A DNA stretch of 64,000 nucleotides from Candidatus Saccharibacteria bacterium QS_5_54_17 (lineage in GTDB: Bacteria > Patescibacteriota > Saccharimonadia > QS-5-54-17): contig PXOU01000007.1 in assembly GCA_003022365.1 (NCBI GenBank), positions 227-64,226 on the forward strand. The letters run 5' to 3'. The notes under the pieces were generated by a model. The model had not been told where the DNA came from, searched no databases, and saw only the letters and a program-made list of their open reading frames with translations. Below, one piece after another: positions 1-10,018 of the stretch. The translations under genes and the position numbers were made by a program. How positions within the stretch are numbered: position 1 is the stretch's first letter; each line of letters starts with the position of its first letter.

Positions 1-2957
1 CTCCAGAGCAGGCGTGGGCCCAATCCGACCAATCATCCGGCTCAGTAGAAGGTGAATGGATCGACAATGCCCATATCAAAATTAAGGGAAACTTATATCT
101 CTACGGAAGTAACAATGAAGAGGATTCAGGGGATCAATTCTATTTTCAAAAATCAGAAGGCGAAAAGTTTAATAAAGAGTTTGAGGATGCAGCACCTTGG
201 GATCGCGACCATCCAGATAATTGCGTGGATTACATTCATGGTGACTCGTTTGGGCAATACCCCCATTTTAATAAGAAGACTACCACCGAAACCGCCACGC
301 TTACCATCAGAGATCACAAAGACGGCGAGGACGTATGTTATACAGAAAAGAAAGACGTTAACCTCGACCCGGAAGATGCCAACCCGGAAGATGCCAATAT
401 TGTGTTTAGACAGTTCGGGGAAGGGGACAAGAAGGAGATTAAGCCGGTTCATAATGACGCTTTTAGCAAGCCGGGTGATATAGATGATTACGATGTCAAG
501 GATACCATCAGTTTGGAAGGTTACAAGTCGTACCAATTTTTGGGTACCTATAGAATTGATAAGGACTACTCTAAACACAACGAAGGGGATGGGGAAAGGT
601 ACGCTAATACCAAGGGAGGGAAAGATTGCAAATCAGAACTCATAAAGCAAAGTAAAGGTGACGACAAAGTAGATGCGACCATCAAGCATTATGACAACTC
701 TTTTGAGTTGACCCCGACATGTGAGAGTAAAGAATTTAACGGTCTACGGGTAGTGAATGAATTTGACAATGTAAAGGCGGGCGAAACCCCAGCATACAAC
801 AAAGAGGACCTGGACGAACCGGGCGTGGATGCTGGCAATGACGATGAAGGCGACGATGAAGGAAGCGATGACAACATCGATTGCGACGCCGGGTTCGGAC
901 TCTCTTGGTTGGTCTGCAACATCATCAGCGCTTTCCGGAATTTCATGGAGTTCGCGACCAATGTATTAGAGTCGCTTTTGAGCGTCAGCCCCCTGGAGAG
1001 AACCAATGATGAAGGTGGCAAAACGTTCATCTACCAAACGTGGAGCAGCGTACGGAATATGGCCAATATATTCCTGATCCCGGTATTCATCTTTTTGATC
1101 TACGCCCAAGCCACCTCTTTCAATATAGACACCTATACCATAAAAAAGATGCTCCCCCGGCTGGTAGCGGCGGTTATATTTATCCAAGCCTCCTTCTTCC
1201 TGGTCGCAATTGCTGTAGACATTACCAACGTCCTGGGGAAAGGCATCGAAGGAGTAGTTCTGGCGCCCATACAAGACTCAGCCCTGCAAGAATCAGTTGC
1301 CCAAGACAGACCAGATCTGAATTTCAGCGGGGAAGGCGAAACGAGCGTAATAGTCGCCGGATCCGCCTTTTTGACGTATTTCGCAGCTACCGGGGGCCTG
1401 GCTACGATCGCGGGCGGGGCGGTCGCGTTCTTCCTGGTCATGCTGCCGGCTATCATCGCCATCATCGCTACTTTCTTGACCTTAATGCTGCGTCTTATAA
1501 TCATCGTGTTGCTGACTGTCCTATCCCCCATCGCCTTCCTTTTGTGGGTACTCCCCAATACGGAAAAATGGTTCAAACAATGGCTGGACATGCTCCTGAA
1601 AGCACTGATGATGTTCCCGTTGATCATGCTGCTGTTGGCTTCCGGTACCCTGGTGGCCGTGATAGCGACCAACTTTGGGGAAGGAGACGCCACAGAGGTT
1701 GAAGACGCTGTGACTGCGTTGATCGGCTTCGTGGCCGTTATGGCGCCCCTGTTCGTAATACCCTTCACCTACAAATTAGCCGGAGGGGCGGTGTCGGTCC
1801 TCGGCGGCACAGTCTCCAATCTCACCAACAAAGCCGCCCGGGGCAAAGACGGCAAGGGTGGTAAAGGTGGCAAGGGCGGCCTAATGGGGGGACTCCAGGA
1901 AAAGAAAGAGCGGCGTGAAACGGAGATGGCCGCCGGTATGAAACCCGACAACTTGCTCGGCAGGGCGGTAATGGGTACCCCCGCCGTAAGAAAAGCGGCC
2001 CAGGCCGGGGCCCGCCCCGGAGTCGGCGTGGGAGGAAAATCCCAAGCCCAGGCGATAGGAAAATTCAAGCAGCAAGTCGGCGAAGCGGACAGAACCCTTG
2101 AGGAGGAAGGCATTAACGACCCCGAAATACAGAATGAAATTGCCCAACATGGTGACTCAATTAGGGGCCGGATAAAGGAACTTGAAGGTAACGGTGAAAC
2201 CGAGAAGGCGGAGAAGTTGAAGGAGGTTAAGCACCATAGCGGCAAAAAAGAAGTGCGGGCCGCCGCCTTGCAGCGGGTAGCCAAGCAAGGGAAGGCGCAG
2301 CAGGCCAGTTTTGATGAAGTCCAGAAAGCGACCGGGGGCCAAGTCGGCAAGGACATAGTCTCCCAGGCAGCCCAAGCGGCCGGCAAAGATGGCGGTCGGC
2401 CGGACCTGAAAGCGTACAATACCGCCAGCAACGACGAAGACAAATGGAAGAATTACAAACAAGAGCTCCGGAGCATGAGCACCGAAAACTGGCAAAAACT
2501 CAAACCCGACGCCTTGGAAGACAAAAACAACAACCCAACCGAATTCGCCCAAGCCGCCAGGCAGCAAGCAGCAGAAGATAAGGAATTCAAACAGATGCTT
2601 GGTAAGATGGCGAGTCAGGAATCAGGAGTGCCGAAGGAAACCCGTGATAAGCTCAGCAGAACAGCGGGGTTGGATTTTGAGAGGGACCCCGACCTCCAAG
2701 CAGGCAACCTGGGCGTCGACGTAGCCTCGGCGGGCGGCACACCGGTAAAGCCCCGGGAGGGGGAGGAAGGCACCGTCCCCACCAGCCCACGGTTCGGGCA
2801 ATCCGGGCAATCGGGAGGACCGCAGGAACCGGGAGGAGCCGGGGAACCGGGACAACCCGGCCCCAACTACAACAACCAGGATCAAAATTCCGGAAACCCG
2901 AATCCCAATGACTCGTACAATCCGAATCCTAATGACCCGTACGATACACTTAGTTAG
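1..2957 (+). CDS. VirB6/TrbL-like multi-pass membrane protein of a CPR T4SS-like cluster (5' partial)
   Basis: The frame is open from base 3 (PEQAWAQSDQ...), so the gene starts upstream of the window. Acidic extracellular N-terminus; 'WSSVRNMANIF...YTIKKMLPRLVAAVIFIQASFF...DITNVLGKGI' and 'LRLIIIVLLTVLSPIAFLLWVLPNTEKWFKQW' TM core; low-complexity tail. Lies upstream of prgI/virB4. Confidence 0.75.
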   Translation, partial: PEQAWAQSDQSSGSVEGEWIDNAHIKIKGNLYLYGSNNEEDSGDQFYFQKSEGEKFNKEFEDAAPWDRDHPDNCVDYIHGDSFGQYPHFNKKTTTETATLTIRDHKDGEDVCYTEKKDVNLDPEDANPEDANIVFRQFGEGDKKEIKPVHNDAFSKPGDIDDYDVKDTISLEGYKSYQFLGTYRIDKDYSKHNEGDGERYANTKGGKDCKSELIKQSKGDDKVDATIKHYDNSFELTPTCESKEFNGLRVVNEFDNVKAGETPAYNKEDLDEPGVDAGNDDEGDDEGSDDNIDCDAGFGLSWLVCNIISAFRNFMEFATNVLESLLSVSPLERTNDEGGKTFIYQTWSSVRNMANIFLIPVFIFLIYAQATSFNIDTYTIKKMLPRLVAAVIFIQASFFLVAIAVDITNVLGKGIEGVVLAPIQDSALQESVAQDRPDLNFSGEGETSVIVAGSAFLTYFAATGGLATIAGGAVAFFLVMLPAIIAIIATFLTLMLRLIIIVLLTVLSPIAFLLWVLPNTEKWFKQWLDMLLKALMMFPLIMLLLASGTLVAVIATNFGEGDATEVEDAVTALIGFVAVMAPLFVIPFTYKLAGGAVSVLGGTVSNLTNKAARGKDGKGGKGGKGGLMGGLQEKKERRETEMAAGMKPDNLLGRAVMGTPAVRKAAQAGARPGVGVGGKSQAQAIGKFKQQVGEADRTLEEEGINDPEIQNEIAQHGDSIRGRIKELEGNGETEKAEKLKEVKHHSGKKEVRAAALQRVAKQGKAQQASFDEVQKATGGQVGKDIVSQAAQAAGKDGGRPDLKAYNTASNDEDKWKNYKQELRSMSTENWQKLKPDALEDKNNNPTEFAQAARQQAAEDKEFKQMLGKMASQESGVPKETRDKLSRTAGLDFERDPDLQAGNLGVDVASAGGTPVKPREGEEGTVPTSPRFGQSGQSGGPQEPGGAGEPGQPGPNYNNQDQNSGNPNPNDSYNPNPNDPYDTLS

Positions 2958-3147
2958 TATTAAGGCGTAATGATAAATCGGCCTATACGCCCACCATCTC
3001 AAATAGACAGATGAGAAGAGGTTGGAAGAAAAGTCTGGGTGGGGCGGGAGGGCGTGCTCGAGGAGCAGCTGAAGAGGAATAGGGGATTGGAGTTTGGGGA
3101 AGACGGCACTGGCGACGCTGCCAGCAAGGCCGCCTTCCCCGAAGACT

Positions 3148-3411
3148 CTACGATGATTTTCGTCGCCATTTAAGGCGTACTTCCCAGTACGCCTCAACGA
3201 CGGCATTAATTGCGAACCCCAGCACAAACGCTGCGGCCGACGTGGCCGCAGCGATTAATAACCCGGCAATAAGCCCGGCCTCGATCCACCCCCCTATTAG
3301 ACAAAGGGGGGCGAGCCCCATAGTGACGAAGAAGAAAATTTTAAAACCGAGGCTATCCTCGTTGGACGTTGTTTCGTTTACCACTTTGCGGACAAACGAC
3401 TTCTCGGTCAT
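3148..3411 (-). CDS. small membrane protein (2 TM)
   Basis: 87-aa ORF with two hydrophobic segments, a basic C-terminus and a purine-rich AAGGGG upstream; fills the intergenic gap. Confidence 0.5.
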   Translation of the reverse strand: MTEKSFVRKVVNETTSNEDSLGFKIFFFVTMGLAPLCLIGGWIEAGLIAGLLIAAATSAAAFVLGFAINAVVEAYWEVRLKWRRKSS

Positions 3412-3537
3412 CCTGTGCCCCTTTCGAGTCTTCTTCCAACCTGGCGAAGCGAAGAAAGCCCTTCGCTACTCATATAATCACATGAAATTTGATATTAGTC
3501 AAGGCTGACTGGGGTATTTTTGCACGTAGAACCCGGG

Positions 3538-3800
3538 ATCACTCGGAATCATTACCAAAGCCCTACAATAAAAACCGGGCGAAATATCATTCCTGAATAT
3601 GTCATTCCTGAAACAAGTTCAGGACAGGCTCTGAATTTATTTCAGGATCTGGTTTCCGGGTTGGTTTCAGCATAAAAATGATTCCGGATCGGAGTCCGGA
3701 ATGACAGAGAGGGTGACGAAAAAGCAATGTCATCCTGAATTTAGTTCAGGATCTATTTCAAAGCTGATTCCGAAACAAGTTCGGAATGACAGAGGGGGGG
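3538..3800. repeat. composite palindromic intergenic element, copy 1
   Basis: Modules TGTCATCCTGAA-N5-TTCAGGATCT, GATTCCGG-N8-CCGGAATGACA and GATTCCGAA-N5-TTCGGAATGACA. Confidence 0.9.
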
Positions 3801-3805
3801 GCGGA

Positions 3806-4020
3806 ATGAACTACCACGCCCTTACGGACGTGGTTTCACTTTAATTCAAGCTCCGCTTGGCCGCTGTCTTCCCGGCCCTGGTATTCGATGTAGTTCCGTA
3901 TGGTCTCTTCATCCACGCCGACGGTGGAGATAGCGTACAATCATGCCTCCATGCTACCGCATGGAGGCAAAGACAGCGGCGGCGCCTTCATCCACGCCCT
4001 TACGGACGTGGTTTTCTTAT
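3806..4020 (-). mobile_element. internally deleted IS200/IS605-family element (non-autonomous) with tnpA remnant
   Basis: Identical hairpins CCACGCCCTTACGGACGTGG at 3814-3833 and 3992-4011 in direct orientation. Minus strand 3937-3836 reads YAISTVGVDEETIRNYIEYQGREDSGQAELELK*, the C-terminus of a Y1 TnpA including the catalytic-Tyr helix. RBS GGAGG with ATG at 3944. Confidence 0.85.
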
Positions 4021-4044
4021 GGCGGATAAAGAGGATTCGCATTT

Positions 4045-4140
4045 TTTTCCTTACTTCCTGTTCCCTGTCTCCAGTCTCCAGTCTACTGTCTACCACTTAC
4101 TGCTTACTTCTTGCTGCTTGCTTCCTGCTTCCTTTTCCTG
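4045..4140. repeat. degenerate pyrimidine-rich heptamer tract
   Basis: 7-bp periodic units: cctgtct ccagtct ccagtct actgtct accactt actgctt acttctt gctgctt gcttcct. Confidence 0.85.
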
Positions 4141-4197
4141 ACCGGCCATTATGACATGAGCTTTATACCCCGCATCTGATCCGCTATACTGGCGGGC

Positions 4198-5148
4198 ATG
4201 GCTACCTATAAAGTTCCCCAGGATGTCGAAGCCGAAGACAAATTACTGGGGCCGCTGACGTTCAAACAGTTCATTTTCATGCTGATCGCCGGCGGCGGGG
4301 GGCTGCTGGCTTGGCTGATGTGGCAGGTGCACCCGTTCCTGGTGGTGTTACCGCTGCCGATCGTGGTGATATTCGGCGGACTGGCCGTCTTCCGCCGGGA
4401 AGACCAGCCCATGGAGCGGTACTTACTGTCCTTTTTTAACTTTCTGTTGCGGCCGCGCCAACGGGTGTGGAACACCGAAGGGTATTACGAACATCTGGTC
4501 CTCACCAAACCCAAAAAACAGGAGGAAACACCCCTCAAACAGGATGTCCACGAAGTCCATGGCCAATTGGAAAAACTGGCCCAGACGGTCGACACGCGGG
4601 GATGGGCCGCCAAACGTCCGGAGCTGACGGTACCGGACGCCAACCCGGCTATCGGCGCCAGCGGCGACGACCGGTTGTTCAGGCCCGACGAGTCCCAGGA
4701 GCCGGCCGAGGTGCACGAGCGCGAAGACATCATGAGCGAGGAAAACCCCGAAGGCATGCAGCTTGACAATCTGCTACACGAACAAACCCGCCAGCGGCGC
4801 GAGCAAGTGATGGAGAACGTCCGCCGGCAAGCACGTGGTCAAACCCCGGCGGAGGGAGAAACCGTGCCCCAGGCGGACGGGCATCATACCCCGGCTGAGG
4901 TTCCTGCCGCCAGCCCGGCCGCGGAAGCTTCGGAATCCCCGCCATCACCACCGGCTGGGCAGACGGGCAACGACCAGGCGACCGACAACACCGACAATCA
5001 GGCGCCCCAGACCCAGGCACCCGAAACCGCCCAGCAATCTGGTATACTGAACGTGTCTGATGAGTTAAGCGTCAGCCAGATCGCCGCCGCGGCCAACCGG
5101 CAATCCGATGATCGCTTGCAAGAGGGTGAGGAGATACAACTGCGATGA
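4198..5148 (+). CDS. PrgI family protein
   Basis: N-terminus 'MATYKVPQDVEAEDKLLGPLTFKQFIF', two TMs, then 'DQPMERYL...RPRQRVW'; typical of PrgI/VirB3-like proteins. Confidence 0.85.
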   Translation: MATYKVPQDVEAEDKLLGPLTFKQFIFMLIAGGGGLLAWLMWQVHPFLVVLPLPIVVIFGGLAVFRREDQPMERYLLSFFNFLLRPRQRVWNTEGYYEHLVLTKPKKQEETPLKQDVHEVHGQLEKLAQTVDTRGWAAKRPELTVPDANPAIGASGDDRLFRPDESQEPAEVHEREDIMSEENPEGMQLDNLLHEQTRQRREQVMENVRRQARGQTPAEGETVPQADGHHTPAEVPAASPAAEASESPPSPPAGQTGNDQATDNTDNQAPQTQAPETAQQSGILNVSDELSVSQIAAAANRQSDDRLQEGEEIQLR

Positions 5149-5274
5149 CTAATCAGCGACACGATAGCCGCGAGCAACCAGGCCCGTTCCAAAATTCCAC
5201 CACGGCTCAGATGTCTTTATGCTTCCGTGTTACCTGCCGCGTCCGGCTGGTTCCATGGCAATCGGGGAGGTTTT

Positions 5275-6285
5275 ATGCCGCCCGATGATCAACAACCCGC
5301 CAACCAGGCAGGCCAGCAGTATGTGCCCGGGAACACCGGCGGGCAGGCCTCAGAACAGACCAACACCGCCGGGCAACCGGATCCAAGCCAAGCTGGACAA
5401 AGCCCCGGGCAAGGACAGCAGCAAGGTCAGCAACAACCCCAGCAACAACCAAACGCCCAAGCAACTCAGCAACAACCCCGGCCCCAACCCAACACCCAGC
5501 GGCCCACCCCAGGCAGCCAGCCCAATGCGGGGCAATCAAAAAAATCGAAAGAGAATAAGAAATCGAGGAAAAAGGCTAACAGCACCCAGAAATCACTGCT
5601 GGTTTCCGAGATACGCGATGGCATCGTTATCATGCGGGACAGTTCGCTGCGTTCGGTGGTCATGTGCCAGTCGGTCAACTTCGATCTGATGAGCCCACAA
5701 GAGCGGGAAGGGGTGGAACAGGCCTACCAACAGTTCCTGAATTCGCTTGATTTTACCGTCCAGATATACATCCGCAGCCAGCGCATCAACCTGGATAACT
5801 ACTTGGAAAAACTCCAAAACGCCCGGCAGAACCAGGACAACATTCTGCTGGGGCTTTTGATGGAGGATTACATCGAATACATCAAGTATCTGGTGGAAGC
5901 AGCTAACATCATGGACAAGCAATTCTACGTCATCGTGCCATATTATCCGTCCGGAATTTCCGAGGGTATCGCCAGCGGTGCCCAGAAATTCACCGAACTG
6001 TTCAAGACCAAGAAGAAAGACGTGGTAACCGTCAACGAAAACGAGTTCAATAAACATAAACAGGAGCTGAGCCGGCGGGCCCGTACGGTCGCCAACGGGT
6101 TGAACCGGATCGGCACCCAGGCCGTACCGCTCAACACCCAGGAACTCATCGAGTTGTATTACAATGTGTACAATCCGGTCACCTCCAAACAGGAGAAGCT
6201 GACCGACGTCAATCAACTAGAGTCCCCGATCATCGAAAAAGGCGAGGGGCAAGCCGACCAGGTACTCCCCGGGGAGAACGCATGA
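5275..6285 (+). CDS. conserved CPR T4SS-cluster protein (TraC/TrsD-like) with Gln/Pro-rich N-terminus
   Basis: 'STQKSLLVSEIRDGIVIMRDSSLRSVVMCQSVNFDLMSPQEREGV...FLNSLDFTVQIYIRS...LNTQELIELYYNVYNP'. RBS GGGGAGG precedes ATG 5275 (the track starts at 5227). Confidence 0.75.
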   Translation: MPPDDQQPANQAGQQYVPGNTGGQASEQTNTAGQPDPSQAGQSPGQGQQQGQQQPQQQPNAQATQQQPRPQPNTQRPTPGSQPNAGQSKKSKENKKSRKKANSTQKSLLVSEIRDGIVIMRDSSLRSVVMCQSVNFDLMSPQEREGVEQAYQQFLNSLDFTVQIYIRSQRINLDNYLEKLQNARQNQDNILLGLLMEDYIEYIKYLVEAANIMDKQFYVIVPYYPSGISEGIASGAQKFTELFKTKKKDVVTVNENEFNKHKQELSRRARTVANGLNRIGTQAVPLNTQELIELYYNVYNPVTSKQEKLTDVNQLESPIIEKGEGQADQVLPGENA

Positions 6286-6433
6286 GCGGACACCCGCCAA
6301 ATCCAAGCCGGGCCACCCCAAACCAATCGCTGCCCGTGGTTGCCCGCCACGCAAGGGAGGAACCGTCGATGCCAGCTTGGGGTTTAGTCATCAAAGCCTT
6401 GCCTGCTAACCTGAAAACCGGAGCATTTTAGTA

Positions 6434-8356
6434 ATGGGTTTGTTAAGCAAGCTGAATGTCTTCAAAAGCAAACAGGACCCGGTCGGGCTGGCCGAAGCGC
6501 AAAAACAGCGGGAACAGCAGGAAGTCGAGCGGGAGTTCCGGCAAGGCATTACCGGGCTGCGGGATTTCATCTCCCCCTCCAGCCTGGAGTTCGAGTCTTC
6601 CTATTTGCGCATCGGCACCCGGATGGCCCGGACATTATACGTCTACGGCTACCCCCGGCAACTGTTTACCGGCTGGTTATCACCTATCATCAACCTGGAC
6701 GAAGCATTGGACATCAGCATGTTCATCTACCCGGTAGAAAGCCGGGTGGTGCTGGAGAATCTGCGCAAGAAAGTGTCCCAGCTGGAGGCCGACATCCAGA
6801 TCAACCAGGAAAAAGGGCGGGTGCGCGATCCCCAAACCGAGGCGGCCATCCAGGACGCCGAGCAGTTACGGAACCGGTTGCAGGTCGGGGAGGATCGGTT
6901 CTTCCGGTTCGGCCTCTACATCACCATGTACGCCGACAGCATGGAAGAAATGACCTACATCCAACGGAAGATCGAGGGAGTCTTCGGCCAGCAGCTGGTA
7001 TATACCAAAGTGGCCACCGTACAGATGGAACAGGCCTTCAACTCGACCGTGCCGCAAGTCACCGACCAACTCCAGATTATGCGGAACTTCAGTACCGGCG
7101 CCCTGTCGACGACCTTCCCGTTTACTTCGGCCGATCTATCCCAGGAAGAGGGCATTCTGTACGGCATAAATATGCACAACAACGGCCTGGCCATTTTTGA
7201 TCGGTTTAGCCAGGAAAACGCCAATATGGTGGTCTTCGCCAAATCGGGTGCCGGTAAATCGTTCACCGTCAAGCTGGAAGCGTTGCGGAGTCTGATGATG
7301 GGCCGGCAGGTTATCATCATCGATCCCGAAAACGAGTACGAGCGGCTCAGCGACGCGGTCGGCGGCAGTTATATCTACTTGAGCTTAAATTCGGATACCT
7401 ACGTCAACCCGTTCGATCTTCCCACGGTTACGGATTCGGAAGAGGCCGACAATGCCTTGCGGGCCAACCTGATTACCCTGCACGGCATGCTGCGGTTGAT
7501 GATGGGCAGCACCAAACAGGAGGATGATGGCAGCATCAGCTCCGGCATCACTGCCGAAGAAGAGGCGGATCTGGATATGGCGCTCATTAACACCTACGCC
7601 GCCATGGGCATTACCAACGACCCGCATACCCACACCGCCCAACCGCCCACCATTAACGATCTCTACGACACGTTGGTCAATATGGCCGGTACCGGCCCTA
7701 ATATGGCCCAGCGGTTGCGCAAATACACCGAAGGTACCTTTTCGGGTATATTTTCCAACCAATCCAACGTATCGCTGGATAACGATTTCGTGGTCTTCAA
7801 CATCCGCGACCTGGAGGACGAACTCCGGCCGGTGGCGATGTTTATCGTACTCAACTACATATGGAACCGGGTCAAATCCGACCAGACCGAGCGGTATCTG
7901 GTCGTGGACGAGGCCTGGCAGTTGATGAAATACGAGGATTCGGCCAATTTCCTCTTTTCGGTGGCCAAACGGGCCCGAAAATATTCGCTGGGACTGACCA
8001 CTATCTCCCAGGACGTGGAGGACTTTTTGACTTCCCGGCTGGGACGGGCGGTGGTGTCTAACTCCAGCATGCAGCTGTTGCTTAAGCAGGCGCCGTCGGC
8101 GGCCGATCTGATCGCCGAAACCTTCAAACTCACCAGCGAGGAGAAGAAACGGCTGACCCAGTTCCCGGTCGGGCAGGGGCTTTTCTTCGCCGGCTCCAAC
8201 CACATCCATCTCCGGATCGAGGCCAGCCCCACCGAAGCCCAGCTGGTCACCACCGACCCGCAAGAGCTGGCGGCCATGGAAAAAATCAATCAAGGGGTTG
8301 CCGGTGGGGAATCGGCCGAAACCGACAATACCGAAGCCGATACCGAGGCCGGGTAG
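6434..8356 (+). CDS. virB4: VirB4/TraC-like ATPase
   Basis: Walker A AKSGAGKS, 'IIIDPENEY', 'VNPFD', Walker B LVVDEAW, 'KRARKY...ISQ'. Confidence 0.9.
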   Translation: MGLLSKLNVFKSKQDPVGLAEAQKQREQQEVEREFRQGITGLRDFISPSSLEFESSYLRIGTRMARTLYVYGYPRQLFTGWLSPIINLDEALDISMFIYPVESRVVLENLRKKVSQLEADIQINQEKGRVRDPQTEAAIQDAEQLRNRLQVGEDRFFRFGLYITMYADSMEEMTYIQRKIEGVFGQQLVYTKVATVQMEQAFNSTVPQVTDQLQIMRNFSTGALSTTFPFTSADLSQEEGILYGINMHNNGLAIFDRFSQENANMVVFAKSGAGKSFTVKLEALRSLMMGRQVIIIDPENEYERLSDAVGGSYIYLSLNSDTYVNPFDLPTVTDSEEADNALRANLITLHGMLRLMMGSTKQEDDGSISSGITAEEEADLDMALINTYAAMGITNDPHTHTAQPPTINDLYDTLVNMAGTGPNMAQRLRKYTEGTFSGIFSNQSNVSLDNDFVVFNIRDLEDELRPVAMFIVLNYIWNRVKSDQTERYLVVDEAWQLMKYEDSANFLFSVAKRARKYSLGLTTISQDVEDFLTSRLGRAVVSNSSMQLLLKQAPSAADLIAETFKLTSEEKKRLTQFPVGQGLFFAGSNHIHLRIEASPTEAQLVTTDPQELAAMEKINQGVAGGESAETDNTEADTEAG

Positions 8357-8700
8357 TCAGCAGACAGTAGACGGTAGACGGCAGACAGGGAGTGAGAAGC
8401 AACAGGCTCTGAAGATGTCATTCCTGAAACAGGTTCAGGACAGGCTCCGAACTTGTTTCAGGATCTATTGCAGAATCTGTTTCAGGATCATGTCTGGTTA
8501 AAGGATTTCGGCTCGGGGGCCGGAATGACAAATAGGTTTTGCATTCTCCCCTTACTTCTTGCTTCTTGCTGCTTGCTTCTTCTTCCCTGTTCCCTGTCTA
8601 CTTCTGTTTTTTGCTTACTTCTTACTTCCTGCTGCTTACTCTCCGTTCCCTGTATGCTGTCTGCTGTCTACCGCCTACTGTTACCTGCTTGCTTCCTATT
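8357..8700. repeat. composite palindromic intergenic element, copy 2
   Basis: Purine-rich heptamers on the left, TGTCAT palindromes in the centre, a long pyrimidine-rich heptamer tract at 8550-8700. Confidence 0.9.
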
Positions 8701-8815
8701 CCCGCTGCCGGGAGACTGTTGTGAGTGTATAGGCCGCCCTTTCGTGATATGCTAGGGTAAAGGTAAGGATAACAGGTATGATCCCCCCGTCCTGGATGTG
8801 GCAGGAGTATATAAG

Positions 8816-10018
8816 ATGAAACAGATGGTTAAAGTCAAAAAACATCTCCAAAAACATTTCCGCCCGGGCTCCGGCACCGGTAAGTATCGATCGGCTGGGG
8901 TAATGCTGGGAACGGGCGTGTTGGTATTCGCCTCGGTGGTGACACTGCCCGGAGGTGGCCTGACGGCGGCCACCCAGAAGGAGCCCTCCCGAATCGCACT
9001 GGGGTCCTCACACATCGACGCCGAAACCGACATTACCCAGAACAAGAGCGGCAACGGATGTTTTGCCACCACCGCCATCACCATCCGTAACAGCGGAAAA
9101 TTAGCCGATGCCCTGGAGCGCTACGTCGAAAATCACCAACCCGACTCGCCGTTTGCCAACCTGGGAGAGGCTTTGGTCAGCGGAGCCAAGCAGGAGAACG
9201 TCAACCCCATGCTGTTGGTGGGCATCGCCCAAAAAGAAAGCATGCTGGGGACGGCCTGGGGGAGCAATTCGTCCGACAGCTATAACGCCTTCGGGCGCCG
9301 AGCCAAAGAATCCCAGCCCAGTATAGACGGATGGTACCGGTACGACTCCTGGGAGCAAAGTTTGGAGGGAGGAACCGACTTTGATGACATCCCCAATTAC
9401 CTCCGCCGGGTATTCATCGAAAACGGGGCAGTGTCAATCGAGGAATTCGTCAACCAGTACGCCCCTCCCGAGCAGAACGATACCCAGCTTTACCGTCATC
9501 AACTCCGGCAATCGATCGAGGAAATGATCGAACTGGCCGGCGACAGCATCCGCTGCGGCAGCGGCCAAAACTGGATCTGGCCAACCGGGGACGGGGGAGC
9601 CGTGCTCAGCTGCTTTGGTGAACGGGGCGCCCCGCAACCGATCGGCCCCAACAAGCATGCCGGGATCGACATTACCCCGGACGCCGACCCTTACGTATTA
9701 GCCGCCAATAGCGGCGAGGTGATCACCGCCCGCCACACCGGAGCAGCCGGGCTGATCGTCGAAATACAGCACAATGAAAACCTGATCACCCGGTATCATC
9801 ACAACAGCAGCTTGCTGGTGAACGTCGGGGAGACCGTATCGGCCGGGCAACGGATCGCCTACGTGGGCACCAGCGGCAACGCCACCCACCCGCATGTGCA
9901 TTTTGAGATCTCCCGCAACCAGAAAGCAGTCAATCCCGCCCGGGAAATGGATATACCCGGGGCAGTTTCCACCAGCGGCGCTAATTGCGGCGGCAACCAA
10001 GAAAAGGGGTCGTCATGA
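8816..10018 (+). CDS. secreted lysozyme-like domain + M23 metallopeptidase
   Basis: N-terminal hydrophobic segment; 'VNPMLLVGIAQKES...YNAFG...NQYAPP' lysozyme/glucosaminidase-like region; M23 motifs HAGID, TRYHH, GTSGNATHPHVHFE. RBS AGGAG precedes ATG 8816. Confidence 0.85.
   Translation: MKQMVKVKKHLQKHFRPGSGTGKYRSAGVMLGTGVLVFASVVTLPGGGLTAATQKEPSRIALGSSHIDAETDITQNKSGNGCFATTAITIRNSGKLADALERYVENHQPDSPFANLGEALVSGAKQENVNPMLLVGIAQKESMLGTAWGSNSSDSYNAFGRRAKESQPSIDGWYRYDSWEQSLEGGTDFDDIPNYLRRVFIENGAVSIEEFVNQYAPPEQNDTQLYRHQLRQSIEEMIELAGDSIRCGSGQNWIWPTGDGGAVLSCFGERGAPQPIGPNKHAGIDITPDADPYVLAANSGEVITARHTGAAGLIVEIQHNENLITRYHHNSSLLVNVGETVSAGQRIAYVGTSGNATHPHVHFEISRNQKAVNPAREMDIPGAVSTSGANCGGNQEKGSS

Noticed and set aside
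366-398. 15-bp tandem duplication (DPEDANPEDAN) and the NPNPND repeats at the end of the same gene
   Set aside because: Ordinary in-frame low-complexity repeats; no sign of phase variation.
8453-8755. Cys/Leu-rich ORFs in repeat regions (also 3857-4154, 11526-11840, 24764-24958, 53174-53436, 54363-54749)
   Set aside because: They are translations of heptamer tracts and palindromes, with no RBS or family motifs.
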